Assembly (NCBI GenBank): GCA_902806075.1
Contig: CADCVG010000086.1
Coordinates: 5,854-67,334 of the forward strand
Direction: 5' to 3'
Origin: an uncultured Rubrobacteraceae bacterium
GTDB lineage: Bacteria; Actinomycetota; Rubrobacteria; Rubrobacterales; Rubrobacteraceae
DNA length: 61,481 nucleotides
The position numbers were made by a program, and so were the translations under genes. Below, piece by piece: positions 1 to 9,842 of this stretch (the stretch's first letter is position 1; each line of letters starts with the position of its first letter). Below the pieces are notes generated by a model, which was given only the letters and a program-made list of their open reading frames with translations, was not told the DNA's origin and did not search any database.

Positions 1-166
1 CCACCGCTGACAGGTGCGCTGTGCCTCCGGCGTCCTGGCGCGCTACCTGCGACTCCCGCAACCCCGGCGACAGCTCCTTGGGCTCTGTCTCCGGCGGCGC
101 TTCTCGTAGACCGACGGCCCCACCTGGGGGCGCGAACGAGCATCGGTGGGGTCGGCCGGAGAACTT

Positions 167-1384
167 TCAAGCTGCGTGTTGTTCGTTGCGCGTGGAGACG
201 GCGCGCACTGCGCTGTCGAGCTCTCCGGCGGCCTCATCGAGGTGCATCCCGGAGGCTCTTAGCAGGTCGACCGCTGTCGAGCGGATCTGTCCGACGAGCA
301 TGCTGGTCGGCAGATCGTTGCGCTCGCCGAGGGCGATGGTCGCCTCTTCGGCTGCCTTGAGGGCGAAACGGTTCCCCGGTCTCTCGATCGCCTTGGGCAC
401 GCGCCCGGGCTCATCCAGATACCCGGCGAGGTCTCCGACCGCCCGGGCGAGGTCGAGGACGGCCTCGCCGAGCAGGGCCGGGGTGGGCTCTCCCCTACGC
501 ACGAGGCCCACGGTGTCGCGTGCCAGCACGCGAGTGTTGCGCACGGCGAGGTCCAGCGAGTCTGCCGCCTCGGCGTAAGGGACCAGACGTTTGAGGGAGC
601 CCCGGCAGGACGGGGAGAGCCTGGCGGTCTCGAAGCCGGCCTCCAGGACCTCCCTGAACCCTGACACTCGCACATCGACCCCGCGCGCCCGCCGGAGCGC
701 CGCCTCGGCCCGGTCCGGGTCCCCGCTCGCCAGCGCGGAGGCCACCTCCTCAAGCGCCGCCCTCAAATCGTCGAAGATCGGACGCGCCGCCTGCTTTACG
801 AGTAGTTTTGGATCCACCGGGAAGAGCGAGTGTACGGCGAGCGCCACGCAACTGCCCACCAGCGCGTCGAGGAAGCGGTCGGGCGCGGGTCCCGCCGTCG
901 AGGGGTCGAGGGTGACCACCAGCAGGGCCGTAACCCCGGCCTCGGTGATTACGAGCGGCCCCGCGCCAAGGAAGATCGCCGCCGCCATCGCCAAGGCGAC
1001 GACCACCCCGATCTGCACGGTGCCCGTCCCTATGACGGACATGACGAGGTCAGCGATCGCGAGCCCGAAAGAGAGTCCGAAGAACCACTCGACCGCCCGC
1101 CGGCCCGTCCGGCCAGCCGTCGCCCCAAGCGAGATGACCGCCGCTATGGGCGCCACGAATGGCTGCTCGTGACCGAGGATCAAGGTCGCCAGATACCACG
1201 CCACACTCGCGGCAACAGCCGTCTGCAATACCGGCCACAAGCTGCCCCCGACCTGCCGGGCACCTACGCTCAACCGCCGCCGCAGCCTCCAAACCCAACC
1301 GCCGATACGAACCCGCCCAGGTACTGAACCCGCGCAACCGTGAGTCCCGCTCCCTACTACAACCATACGCAAACTATCGAACAT
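167..1384 (-). CDS. FUSC / aromatic acid exporter family membrane protein
   Basis: N-terminal hydrophobic segments with family-type motifs (LQTAVAASVAWYLA, PFVAPIAAVISLG, DRFLDALVG), then a helical soluble C-terminus; GGAGGTGA RBS before the ATG. Confidence 0.75.
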   Translation of the reverse strand: MFDSLRMVVVGSGTHGCAGSVPGRVRIGGWVWRLRRRLSVGARQVGGSLWPVLQTAVAASVAWYLATLILGHEQPFVAPIAAVISLGATAGRTGRRAVEWFFGLSFGLAIADLVMSVIGTGTVQIGVVVALAMAAAIFLGAGPLVITEAGVTALLVVTLDPSTAGPAPDRFLDALVGSCVALAVHSLFPVDPKLLVKQAARPIFDDLRAALEEVASALASGDPDRAEAALRRARGVDVRVSGFREVLEAGFETARLSPSCRGSLKRLVPYAEAADSLDLAVRNTRVLARDTVGLVRRGEPTPALLGEAVLDLARAVGDLAGYLDEPGRVPKAIERPGNRFALKAAEEATIALGERNDLPTSMLVGQIRSTAVDLLRASGMHLDEAAGELDSAVRAVSTRNEQHAA

Positions 1385-1451
1385 CTCACCTCCTCGAAAA
1401 CGTAAAACTACCCGCGCTTACACCCCCAAGCTAACACGCCCCCACGCATGC

Positions 1452-1472
1452 AAAAAGGCCCCCGAAGGGGCC
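1452..1472 (-). terminator. Rho-independent terminator downstream of gcvH
   Basis: Minus strand reads GGCCCC-TTCG-GGGGCC-TTTTT (6-bp GC stem, UUCG loop, U-tract). Confidence 0.8.
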
Positions 1473-1571
1473 AGGAACAAAATGTTGCTAGATCGTTGCT
1501 TTCAAGCAACAAGCACTTCACATTGCGGACGGTCAGGGGGCTGCTTCCAGCCCGGTAGGGCTATCTCGGGG

Positions 1572-1952
1572 TTACCCGGCCTCCTCTTCGAGGAACTTCT
1601 CGTACTCATCGGCGGAGAATAGGTCTCCCTCGTTCGAGACGCGGAGCCTGACGATCCAGCCTTCCCCGTAGGGGTCCTCGTTCACCTTCTCCGGGGCGTC
1701 GTTCAACGCCTCGTTCACCTCGACGACCTCGCCGCCGACCGGGGCGTAGAGGTCGGAGACGGCTTTGACCGACTCGATCGCGCCGAAGGCGTCGCCCGCT
1801 CCGTAGGTCGCGCCCTTCTCCGGCAGCTCGACGAAGACGACGTCGCCGAGCTCGTCCTGGGCGTGCTCGGTGATCCCGATGGTCGCCACGTCGTCCTCTC
1901 GCCTCATCCACTCGTGGGTCTTCGCGTAAGAAAGCTCCCCGGGTACGCTCAA
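1572..1952 (-). CDS. gcvH: glycine cleavage system H protein
   Basis: HEW, GITEHAQDELGDVVFVELP, lipoyl-Lys motif ESVKAVSD, VNEDPYGEGW. Confidence 0.97.
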   Translation of the reverse strand: MSVPGELSYAKTHEWMRREDDVATIGITEHAQDELGDVVFVELPEKGATYGAGDAFGAIESVKAVSDLYAPVGGEVVEVNEALNDAPEKVNEDPYGEGWIVRLRVSNEGDLFSADEYEKFLEEEAG

Positions 1953-1963
1953 CTTTTCCTCCC

Positions 1964-3049
1964 CTACTTCTTCTCTCGCTTGTAGAACGGCAGCGGCACG
2001 GCGCGGGCCGCGACGGGCCGGTTCCGTATCACTACCTCGAACTCATCTTCCACTTCCGGCGTCACTAACGCAAGCCCTATGGCCTCGCCGAGCGTCGGGG
2101 ACTGGGTCCCGCTCGTGACGCGCCCGACCGTCTCGCCGTTCAGGACAACCGGATAGTCGTGGCGCGCTATCCCACGCCCTTCAACCTCGAAGCCGACGAG
2201 CTTCTTCCTCAGGCCCGCCTCTCTCTCCCTGCGAAGAGCCTCCTGCCCCAGGAACTCCTCCTTCTTGTCCAGATGGACCGCGAAGCCGATTCCAGCCTCA
2301 AGGGGGGTCGTCTTGGCGTCGAGCTCGTTACCGTAGAGGCACATCCCAGCCTCCAGCCGCAGGGTGTCCCGAGCCCCGAGCCCGACCGGGGCGGCTCCGG
2401 CGCCGACCAGAGCGCGCCACACGCGCGGCGCGTCGTCGGGACGGACGAAGACCTCGAACCCATCCTCGCCCGTGTAGCCGGTGCGCGAGAGGATGGCAGC
2501 CATGCCCCCGACCTCCCCCTCCACGAAGCGGTAGTACTTGATGGAGGAGAGGTCGGTCTCCGTAAAGCCCTCCAGGAGTTCCACTGCCTCCGGCCCCTGC
2601 AAGGCGAGCAGCGCCCAGTCATCCGACTCGTCCGTGACCTCGATGTCGAGGTCCTTCGTGTTCTCGCGGAAATGTTCGAGGTCCTTCTCGCGGTTCGAGG
2701 CATTGACGACGATGAGGAAGTCGTCCGGCCTGCGGTAGACGAGCACGTCGTCCACCGTCCCGCCGCTCTCGTAGCAGACCGCCGCGTAGCCGGCCTGTCC
2801 GACCGACAGACGACCTACGTCCCGCGTGACGAGCCTCTGCACCGCCTCCTCGGCCTGCGGACCACGGAAGAAGACCTCGCCCATGTGGGAGACGTCGAAG
2901 AGGCCCACCGCCGTACGAACCGCTTCATGCTCGGCCTTTATACCCTCGTACTGAACCGGCATCTCCCAGCCGGCGAAGTCCACGATCCGCGCCCCGGAGG
3001 TTTTGTGCTCCTCGTAGAGCGGGGTCCGGCGGAGCGCCCCCGTAGCCAT
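1964..3049 (-). CDS. gcvT: glycine cleavage system aminomethyltransferase T
   Basis: RTPLY, FAGWEMPVQY, FDVSHMG, SRTGYTGEDGFE, GLGARDTLRLEAG. Confidence 0.97.
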   Translation of the reverse strand: MATGALRRTPLYEEHKTSGARIVDFAGWEMPVQYEGIKAEHEAVRTAVGLFDVSHMGEVFFRGPQAEEAVQRLVTRDVGRLSVGQAGYAAVCYESGGTVDDVLVYRRPDDFLIVVNASNREKDLEHFRENTKDLDIEVTDESDDWALLALQGPEAVELLEGFTETDLSSIKYYRFVEGEVGGMAAILSRTGYTGEDGFEVFVRPDDAPRVWRALVGAGAAPVGLGARDTLRLEAGMCLYGNELDAKTTPLEAGIGFAVHLDKKEEFLGQEALRREREAGLRKKLVGFEVEGRGIARHDYPVVLNGETVGRVTSGTQSPTLGEAIGLALVTPEVEDEFEVVIRNRPVAARAVPLPFYKREKK

Positions 3050-3053
3050 CGCG

Positions 3054-4469
3054 CTACCACCGGGCCTTGAGCTTGCGGGCGGCCCGGGCCTCGTCGAGGC
3101 GTCTGGTCGGGGCGCTGACCGGGGCCTCTTCCAACTCCTCGGACGTGCTCTCGGCCAGCTCCAGCATGGTCCCGATAAAGTCGTCGAGGGTCTCCTTCGA
3201 CTCCGTCTCGGTTGGCTCTATGAGCATGGCCTCCTTGACAACTAGCGGGAAGTAGATGGTCGGCGGGTGGTAGCCGTGGTCTATGAGGCCCTTGGCTACG
3301 TCGAGGGCCTTCTTCCCCTTCGGCGGCTGGACGACGACCTCGTGCTTGCACAACTCGTCGTAGGGGATGCGGTAGGTGCCGCGCAGCCTCGCCCGTATGT
3401 AGTTGGCGTTCAGGACGGCCATGTCCGTAACGTCCCTAAGCTCGGGGCCGTGCATCTTTATGTAGTTCCAGGCGCGCAGGACCTGGCCGAAGTTGCCGTG
3501 GAAGCCCGCCACGCGCCCGATGCTCTTGTCGGGACGAACGAAGGCATAGCCGTCTCCGCTCTTCTCCGCGACCGGGTCCGGACGGAATGGGGCGAGCGCT
3601 TCGGAGCAGGCGATGGCTCCGGAGCCGGGGCCGCCGCCGCCGTGGGGGGTGGAGAAGGTCTTGTGCAGGTTGAAGTGCATGACGTCCACGCCCTTGTCGG
3701 CGGGGCGCATCCGGCCCAGGTTCGCGTTCATGTTCGCGCCGTCCATGTAGAGGAAGGCGCCGGCCTCGTGCAGGACTTCCGCTATCTCGACCATGTTCCG
3801 CTCGTAGACGCCGCAGGTGTTTGGGTTCGTGATCATGAGCGCAGCGGTCGTCTCGTCGACCATCTCCCGAAGCTCCTCGACATCCACGCAGCCGTGCTCG
3901 TCGAGCCCGATCTCCTTCGACCCGAAACCGGCCATCGTGGCAGTCGCCGGGTTGGTCCCGTGCGCCGTGGAGGGCACGAGCACCGTGGTCCGCGCGTCGT
4001 CCCCGGCATCCTCGAAGAACTTCTTGACCATGAGTATGCTGGTCAATTCGCCCTGCGCCCCGGCCAGAGGCTGCAAGGAGACCGCCGGGAAGCCGGAGAC
4101 CTCCGAGAGGAAGCCCTGAAGCTCGTGCATCACCTGCAGAGCGCCCTGCGCCTGTGATTCCGACTGGAGGGGATGAAGCCCGGCGAAGCCCGGCGTGTTC
4201 GCGGCGGCCTCATTGGCGCGCGGGTTGTGTTTCATCGTGCAGGAGCCGAGAGGGTAGAAGTTCGTGTCTATGCCCCAGTTCTGGCGCGAGAGGTTTGTGT
4301 AGTGACGGACCACGGTCGGCTCGTCCACCTCCGCAAGCTTGGGCTTCTCCTTGCGGAGCGCCCCCTTCGGCAGAACCTTCTCCAGGCTCACGCTCTTCAC
4401 GTCGGGGCGAGGAAGGGTGTAGCCTCTACGGCCCTCGCGGCCTTTGTCCCGGATCAGGTTACCCAGCAT
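3054..4469 (-). CDS. gcvPB: glycine dehydrogenase subunit 2 (P protein beta)
   Basis: PLGSCTMKHNP, AHGTNPATA, PLP-Lys motif NLHKTFSTPHGGGGPG, IEPTETESK. Confidence 0.97.
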   Translation of the reverse strand: MLGNLIRDKGREGRRGYTLPRPDVKSVSLEKVLPKGALRKEKPKLAEVDEPTVVRHYTNLSRQNWGIDTNFYPLGSCTMKHNPRANEAAANTPGFAGLHPLQSESQAQGALQVMHELQGFLSEVSGFPAVSLQPLAGAQGELTSILMVKKFFEDAGDDARTTVLVPSTAHGTNPATATMAGFGSKEIGLDEHGCVDVEELREMVDETTAALMITNPNTCGVYERNMVEIAEVLHEAGAFLYMDGANMNANLGRMRPADKGVDVMHFNLHKTFSTPHGGGGPGSGAIACSEALAPFRPDPVAEKSGDGYAFVRPDKSIGRVAGFHGNFGQVLRAWNYIKMHGPELRDVTDMAVLNANYIRARLRGTYRIPYDELCKHEVVVQPPKGKKALDVAKGLIDHGYHPPTIYFPLVVKEAMLIEPTETESKETLDDFIGTMLELAESTSEELEEAPVSAPTRRLDEARAARKLKARW

Positions 4470-5748
4470 TCGAAACCACCTCCACGAAGGCGTCGAGCTC
4501 TTCTCTTGTCCTTTTCTCCGTCACCGCAACGAGCATCGCCCCGTCGCCGAGGTCTAACCCGCCTACCATCCCATTCTCCAGGAGCGCCTGGTTTGCCCGG
4601 CTTACGTCCGGCAGCTCTACGGCAAACTCCCACAGGAACGGCGCATCCGGATAGCGCAACCGGAAGCCCGCCTCCTGCAACCTCTCCGCAAGGTAGTGGG
4701 CCTTCGAGATCGAAAGCTCCGCGACCTCGCGCAGGCCCTCGGGCCCCATGAGCGAGGAGTAGACGGTAGCGACGAGCGCGGTGAGCGCCTGGTTGGTGCA
4801 GATGTTTGAGTTCGCCCGGGCGCGCCGGATGTCCTGCTCTCTAGCGCGGAGCGTAAGCACGTAGGCGAGCTTGCCCTCAGTATCGACCGTCTCCCCGCAG
4901 ATGCGTCCCGGTAGCTGGCGGACGAACTCCTGCCTGGTAGCCATGTACCCGGCGTACGGCCCACCGAAGAGCAGCGGCATCCCGAGAGGCTGGGCCTCCC
5001 CCACCGCCACGTCCGCCCCGAGGTTACCGGGGCCTTCCAAGACTGCCAGAGAGATCGGATCGCACACCGCGACGCACAGCGCCCCCACTCTGTGCGCCGC
5101 CTCGGCGGCAGCTTCCACGTCCTCGACTATCCCGTAGTAATTCGGGCTCTGTACGAAGACGCCGGAGACGTCGTCGGGCACCTCCGAGAAGTCTGTTGTT
5201 CCATCGTTGTACGACAACTCGACTATATCGACCCTGTAGGTCTCGATTACCTCGCGGTAGCGAGGGTTGAGACCAGGAGAGACCGCTACTTTGGGTTCGC
5301 GTTTGGTCTGGCGGGCGGTCATGAGGGCGGCCTCGGCGACGGCGGAGGCGCCATCGTAGACGGAGGCGTTGGAGATCTCCAGTCCGGTAAGCTCGGAGAT
5401 CACCGACTGGAACTCGAAGATCGTCTGTAGGGTGCCCTGGCTAATCTCCGGCTGGTACGGGGTATACGAGGTCAGGAACTCCCCGCGAGAGATAATCGCC
5501 CCGATGGAGGATGGCGTGATCCTGTCATACGCCCCGGCCCCCAGGAACATCGGCAGCCCCGCGACGTTCTTACTCGCGAGCCGGTTGACGTCCGAGAGCG
5601 CCTCGTACTCGGAGAGTGCGGGCGGGAGGTTTAACTCCCCCTCGAACTTGGGCGAGACGTCGGAGAAGAGGTCGTCCAGGGTCTCCACCCCGATCGCCTC
5701 AAGCATCTCCCGGACGTCGTCCTCGGTGTGCGGTGTAAACCTCGCCAC
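4459..5748 (-). CDS. gcvPA: glycine dehydrogenase subunit 1 (P protein alpha)
   Basis: FLGAGAY, EFLTSYTPYQPEISQG, NASVYDGASA, LPGRICG, REQDIRR, SNICTNQAL. Confidence 0.97.
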   Translation of the reverse strand: MARFTPHTEDDVREMLEAIGVETLDDLFSDVSPKFEGELNLPPALSEYEALSDVNRLASKNVAGLPMFLGAGAYDRITPSSIGAIISRGEFLTSYTPYQPEISQGTLQTIFEFQSVISELTGLEISNASVYDGASAVAEAALMTARQTKREPKVAVSPGLNPRYREVIETYRVDIVELSYNDGTTDFSEVPDDVSGVFVQSPNYYGIVEDVEAAAEAAHRVGALCVAVCDPISLAVLEGPGNLGADVAVGEAQPLGMPLLFGGPYAGYMATRQEFVRQLPGRICGETVDTEGKLAYVLTLRAREQDIRRARANSNICTNQALTALVATVYSSLMGPEGLREVAELSISKAHYLAERLQEAGFRLRYPDAPFLWEFAVELPDVSRANQALLENGMVGGLDLGDGAMLVAVTEKRTREELDAFVEVVSNAG

Positions 5749-5788
5749 GCGACAATACCCCCTTCTCAGGTGAGCTTTCTATAAGCAT

Positions 5789-5975
5789 CGCCCTGTCCCA
5801 AACCTGAGAGTATTACCCCTTCGGCGCCGGCCCCGCGGCCGCCACCGCGACAACGAGCCGGTCTCTCCAGGACGCCCTCCGGCTACGATCCTTTTGCCTG
5901 AGAGATTCGGTCCATCAACGGACCTTTCACCTTCGGCGGCCGCCTCTAGTATCTTGGCGACTCTCTCCCGCAGCC
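5789..5975 (-). promoter_or_regulatory. tandem glycine riboswitch (aptamers ~5881-5975 and ~5789-5877)
   Basis: Minus strand carries the glycine aptamer motifs GGAGAG...GCCGAAGG...CTCTCAGG twice, each closed by a P1 helix (GGCTGCG/CGTAGCC; CGTCCTG/CAGGGCG), directly upstream of gcvPA. Confidence 0.93.
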
Positions 5976-6035
5976 TTCACCGAGCAAGCACAAACTATAG
6001 CGCATGAGAGACACCAATGCTCCGTCCGCGCGCTC

Positions 6036-6491
6036 TTACAGAGCTACAATCTCATCTTGCGGCCGGATACGGCCACCCTCGACGACCCGGGCGCAGATGC
6101 CGCCACGTCTCCTCAAGGCGCGCGTCATGCCCGGCTCGGTCACGTCCTGCACGTGCTTGCAGGGCGGGCGGGGCCGGTCGTACTCCAGGACCACTTCCCC
6201 GATTCTAAAACGCGTCCCGCGCAGGCTCTCAAGGCTCACGCCCCGGGTGATGATGTTGCGCCGGTGCTCGCCGTTCTTGACGTTGAGACCGTCCTCCCGC
6301 TCTATCTCGTCGAGGTCTTCGCCCTCTATGAGCGTCACCTCGCACACGTCGCCGTAGCGAGTCCAGTAGCCGGTCCCCTCCTTGTAGCGGTCACCCTCCA
6401 GCCCGTCAGCCGTGGCTCTCACCTCCTCGACACGCTCCATCGGCTCGCTACCCTTGCCGGTCACGTAGATCTCCTCGACCACGCCTGCCAT
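6036..6491 (-). CDS. MOSC domain protein
   Basis: GLEGDRY, RRNIITRG, FRIGEVVLE, conserved Cys in RPPC, GGICARVVEGGRIRPQD. Confidence 0.85.
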   Translation of the reverse strand: MAGVVEEIYVTGKGSEPMERVEEVRATADGLEGDRYKEGTGYWTRYGDVCEVTLIEGEDLDEIEREDGLNVKNGEHRRNIITRGVSLESLRGTRFRIGEVVLEYDRPRPPCKHVQDVTEPGMTRALRRRGGICARVVEGGRIRPQDEIVAL

Positions 6492-6663
6492 CTCTCTATC
6501 CTCCTCTATCTAGTAATAGGCCTCCGCCCGATACGTCATCGGAGACCGTTATGGGGAGTATACGGGCGCGGTAGCGTAACTTCGAACAAGCCGCGGCTAC
6601 TTCTACAGGCGAGCACCCGGGGCTTGTAGACTGCTCGGAAGCTCTAGCAAACGAGGAGGCGGC

Positions 6664-7005
6664 ATGCCGCGAAAGATAAGCTGGGAAGACTTCGAGAAGG
6701 TGAATGTAAGGGTCGGGAGAGTAGTCGAAGCCGAGCCCTTCCCGGAAGCGCGCAAACCCTCTATAAAGCTCGCGGTGGACTTCGGACCGGAGGTCGGGGT
6801 CAAGAGGACGAGTGCTCAACTCACGGTCTACTACGAGCCGGAGGAGCTCTTGGGGAGGCAGGTCATCGCGGTGGTGAACTTCCCCCCGAAGCGTATCGCG
6901 GGCTTCAAGAGCGAGGTGCTGGTGCTTGGGGTGCCGGACGAGGATGGTGCCGTGGTCCTGCTCACCCCGGATCGGGAGGTGCCGCTGGGTGGAAGGATCT
7001 TCTGA
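6664..7005 (+). CDS. csaA: tRNA-binding OB-fold protein / chaperone CsaA
   Basis: [51 protein letters not shown]. Confidence 0.9.
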   Translation: MPRKISWEDFEKVNVRVGRVVEAEPFPEARKPSIKLAVDFGPEVGVKRTSAQLTVYYEPEELLGRQVIAVVNFPPKRIAGFKSEVLVLGVPDEDGAVVLLTPDREVPLGGRIF

Positions 7006-7072
7006 CGATCAAATCTATTCGCCATTCTTGCCGATAAGGTGTGATAACTTCGGCGAGAGAGGAGGTTGATAG

Positions 7073-8131
7073 ATGAGCAGATGTAGCCGATGCGAGAGTT
7101 TGCCGGATCTGTCGGAGGCCGGGGTTTTGTATCTAGCTCCGCCACTGGCCCATACTCAGGGTACGCTACAGCGTATCCTCTTGGAGTCTGGTTTGCCGTT
7201 CGAAGAGCCTTCGGAGGACATTCTGGCGATCGAGATCACGCCGGAAGGCTTGAGGAGTCTGAGCAAGCTCCTGGTAGACGGCCTCAGCGAGGCGGAGCTC
7301 ATGGATTGCAAAGCTGTCCTGATCGAGAAGGGCTCGGCCTTTGATCTCGGGGCGCTCCCACGGATGCAGGACCTCGCCACCCTGACCGCCGTCGTCCGGG
7401 GCGAGTGGCTCGTGGAGATGATGCGCGAGGACCGGCTGGCGGTCCACTTCCAGCCTATCGTCTCGGCCGCCAGCCCGGAGAAGGTCTTCGCCTACGAGTG
7501 CCTCCTTCGTGGCCTCGACAAGGAGGGTGGTTTCGTGAGCCCGGGGGACATGTTTGGGGTGGCGAAACGGGCGGGGCTGCTCTTCAACCTGGACCGGGAG
7601 GCCCGCATAAAAGCCATATTGGAGGCCTCCGGGTTCGGCCTGGAGCACAACATCTTTATCAACTTCAACCCCAGATCCATCTACGATCCCGTGTCCTGCC
7701 TGAAGAGCACGATGAGTGCGATCGGCCGCTCCGACCTCTCCCCCGAGCGGATAGTCTTCGAGATAACGGAGAGCGAGGAGATCAAAGACGAGAAGCAACT
7801 CAAGAGAATCCTGGACTTCTACCGCGAGAGGGGGTTCAAGGTCGCCCTTGACGACCTCGGGGCAGGCTACAGCTCCCTGAACCTCCTCGCCTCCCTGCGC
7901 CCGGACTTCGTGAAGCTGGACGTGGGCCTCGTCCGGGACGTGGACAGCGATCCCTACCGAGCCGCGATCGCCGCGAAGCTGCTCGAGCTTGCCAAAGACC
8001 TCGGCATAACCGTTGTCGCCGAGGGGGTCGAGACCGAGGAGCAGTGGCGCTGGCTCGTCACCCATGGCGCGGACTTCGTGCAGGGCTTCTTCTTCGCCAG
8101 ACCCGCCTCTCCCCCACCCGTACCCGCGTAG
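7073..8131 (+). CDS. EAL-domain c-di-GMP phosphodiesterase
   Basis: HFQPIV, YECLLR (EAL variant), FINFNP, FEITE, DDLGAGYSSL, KLD, AEGVE, QGFFFARP. Confidence 0.9.
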   Translation: MSRCSRCESLPDLSEAGVLYLAPPLAHTQGTLQRILLESGLPFEEPSEDILAIEITPEGLRSLSKLLVDGLSEAELMDCKAVLIEKGSAFDLGALPRMQDLATLTAVVRGEWLVEMMREDRLAVHFQPIVSAASPEKVFAYECLLRGLDKEGGFVSPGDMFGVAKRAGLLFNLDREARIKAILEASGFGLEHNIFINFNPRSIYDPVSCLKSTMSAIGRSDLSPERIVFEITESEEIKDEKQLKRILDFYRERGFKVALDDLGAGYSSLNLLASLRPDFVKLDVGLVRDVDSDPYRAAIAAKLLELAKDLGITVVAEGVETEEQWRWLVTHGADFVQGFFFARPASPPPVPA

Positions 8132-8200
8132 GGCAGAGAAACTTTCCGACGGGTCCCGCGTAACCGGGTAGTAAAAACCAGACCCAGGGAGGTAAGGGAA

Positions 8201-8914
8201 ATGAGCGAGACGAACCTCGAACAGTTCCGGGAGGTAACGCCGGTCGGCAGGTTTACGCTACAGAACTCCTCACTACTGAAGGTGAGGTTGGACAACGACC
8301 GGATACAGGCCAAGCTCGGCTCGATGGTCGCCTATCAGGGCGACGTCCGCTTCGAGCATCAGGGCGGGGGCCTCGGGCGCTTCTTCAAGAAGGCCCTCAC
8401 CGGCGAGGGTGTCAAGCTCATGGCGGCGACCGGTGTGGGCGACCTCTTCCTCGCCCAGGATGCACGAAAGATCATGGTGCTCGACCTCAACAACGACCGA
8501 ATGACCGTAAACGGCGACTCCATCCTCGCCTTCGAGGGGGACGTGGACTGGGACATCAGAAGGGTAGAAGGAGCCGGACGGCTAGCCGGCGGCCTCTTCA
8601 ACGTCGTCCTCGAAGGGACCGGCAAGGTCGCCCTCACCTCGCACGGCGAGCCGGTGCTGCTGGACACGAGCACCCCGACCTTCGCCGACCCGGACTCCGC
8701 GATAGCGTGGAGCGGCGGCGTGAGGACGAGCGTCCGCTCGGACGTCTCGTTCAAGACCTTTATGGGACGCGGGAGCGGGGAGACGTTCCAGATCTCCTTC
8801 GAAGGCCCCGGCTGGGTCCTCGTCCAATCCTCCGAAGGTCCGACCATCCCCGAACACTCCCACGGCGGAGAGAGCGGAGGCGGCGGCATAGGCTCGCTCT
8901 TCGGCAACGATTAG
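8201..8914 (+). CDS. AIM24 family protein
   Basis: GSMVAYQG, KKALTGEG, GDLFLA, ILAFE, GGLFNVVLEGTG, GRGSGETFQ, GPGWVLVQSSE. Confidence 0.85.
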   Translation: MSETNLEQFREVTPVGRFTLQNSSLLKVRLDNDRIQAKLGSMVAYQGDVRFEHQGGGLGRFFKKALTGEGVKLMAATGVGDLFLAQDARKIMVLDLNNDRMTVNGDSILAFEGDVDWDIRRVEGAGRLAGGLFNVVLEGTGKVALTSHGEPVLLDTSTPTFADPDSAIAWSGGVRTSVRSDVSFKTFMGRGSGETFQISFEGPGWVLVQSSEGPTIPEHSHGGESGGGGIGSLFGND

Positions 8915-9083
8915 TCTTCTGGTCAGCTCTTTGGGTAGTCGGCGGAGCGTTAAGGCGCCGGATGCATCTCTCCGCCTGGACGCATCGTGAGAGCAAGCGT
9001 CCGGCGACGAAATGTCGCGTTCGGGCGCGGTACCGGGCGTTCTTGATCTTCCTGACCGGCTGAAATGCTGCCCGGCTTTGACT

Positions 9084-9620
9084 TTACGGAGCTTCCCGGT
9101 AGCTCTGGTGCAGGAACGCCAGGGCGAGAGCCAGGATGATCGCGTGCTCGACGAGGGCACATTGCAGCGCGTAGCAGTTGCGGTCCCAGTAGGAGATAGG
9201 GCTCTTCCACCGCCACTTCGAAAGCGGCCAGAACGGCGGACGGGCGTCGGAGGAGTGTGTCGGCAAGTCCAGGAGATTGTGCCCGGCCCAGCCGAGCAGG
9301 AAGTAGAGCATGGCTTTGCGCGGGTCTTTTCTCTCCAGACCGAGCAACTTGTATAGAGCAAGCATGGAGCCTACCGGGACCAGGGAGTGAACCGCAAGGT
9401 CCAGCTTCCCGGAAGGCTCCTCGTAATACTCGAGGGCCTCGTAGAACTCTTCCTTCGTCATCGTGTCCCGGTGGCGCCACAGCAGGCAACCCGCCTTCAC
9501 GAGCGTCGGCATGTCCGGTACCGTCGATCCCACCGCACCCCATGCAGCGGCATGAGGTTCTTTCCGCTCGACGTATCGGGCCACCGCCCACGTGAAAACC
9601 GCGTGAGAGTACGTGTGCAT
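9084..9620 (-). CDS. putative membrane metal-dependent hydrolase
   Basis: His/Asp motifs MHTYSH, PD, HS, GHNLLDLPTH and FWPLS, typical of membrane-bound hydrolase-like families. Confidence 0.55.
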   Translation of the reverse strand: MHTYSHAVFTWAVARYVERKEPHAAAWGAVGSTVPDMPTLVKAGCLLWRHRDTMTKEEFYEALEYYEEPSGKLDLAVHSLVPVGSMLALYKLLGLERKDPRKAMLYFLLGWAGHNLLDLPTHSSDARPPFWPLSKWRWKSPISYWDRNCYALQCALVEHAIILALALAFLHQSYREAP

Positions 9621-9842
9621 GGATAGTATGTTAGCCCGACTTGCATCTCATATGCTAACTCAACGTCAGCTATAGGTATAGCTTGCTATGCTGGGCATGA
9701 GTTGTTATAGAAGGGCCCTCAAGCAAAGGTACACAACAGATATGGACGTGCTACACGAGTGGTAGACGTAGTCGGTAGGTTTACAGAGGGGCAGATTACA
9801 TCGTGAAAACGGCTCCCTACAGTCGGGGAAGGAAGATCTAGC

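Noticed and set aside
1-160. Possible partial CDS at the left edge
   Set aside because: Open frames exist on the minus strand, but the stretch is too short and has no recognisable motif
8956-9006. REP-like imperfect hairpin CGCCGGATGC...GCGTCCGGCG between convergent genes
   Set aside because: Single occurrence in the window; at most a bidirectional terminator, with no evidence of a repeat family
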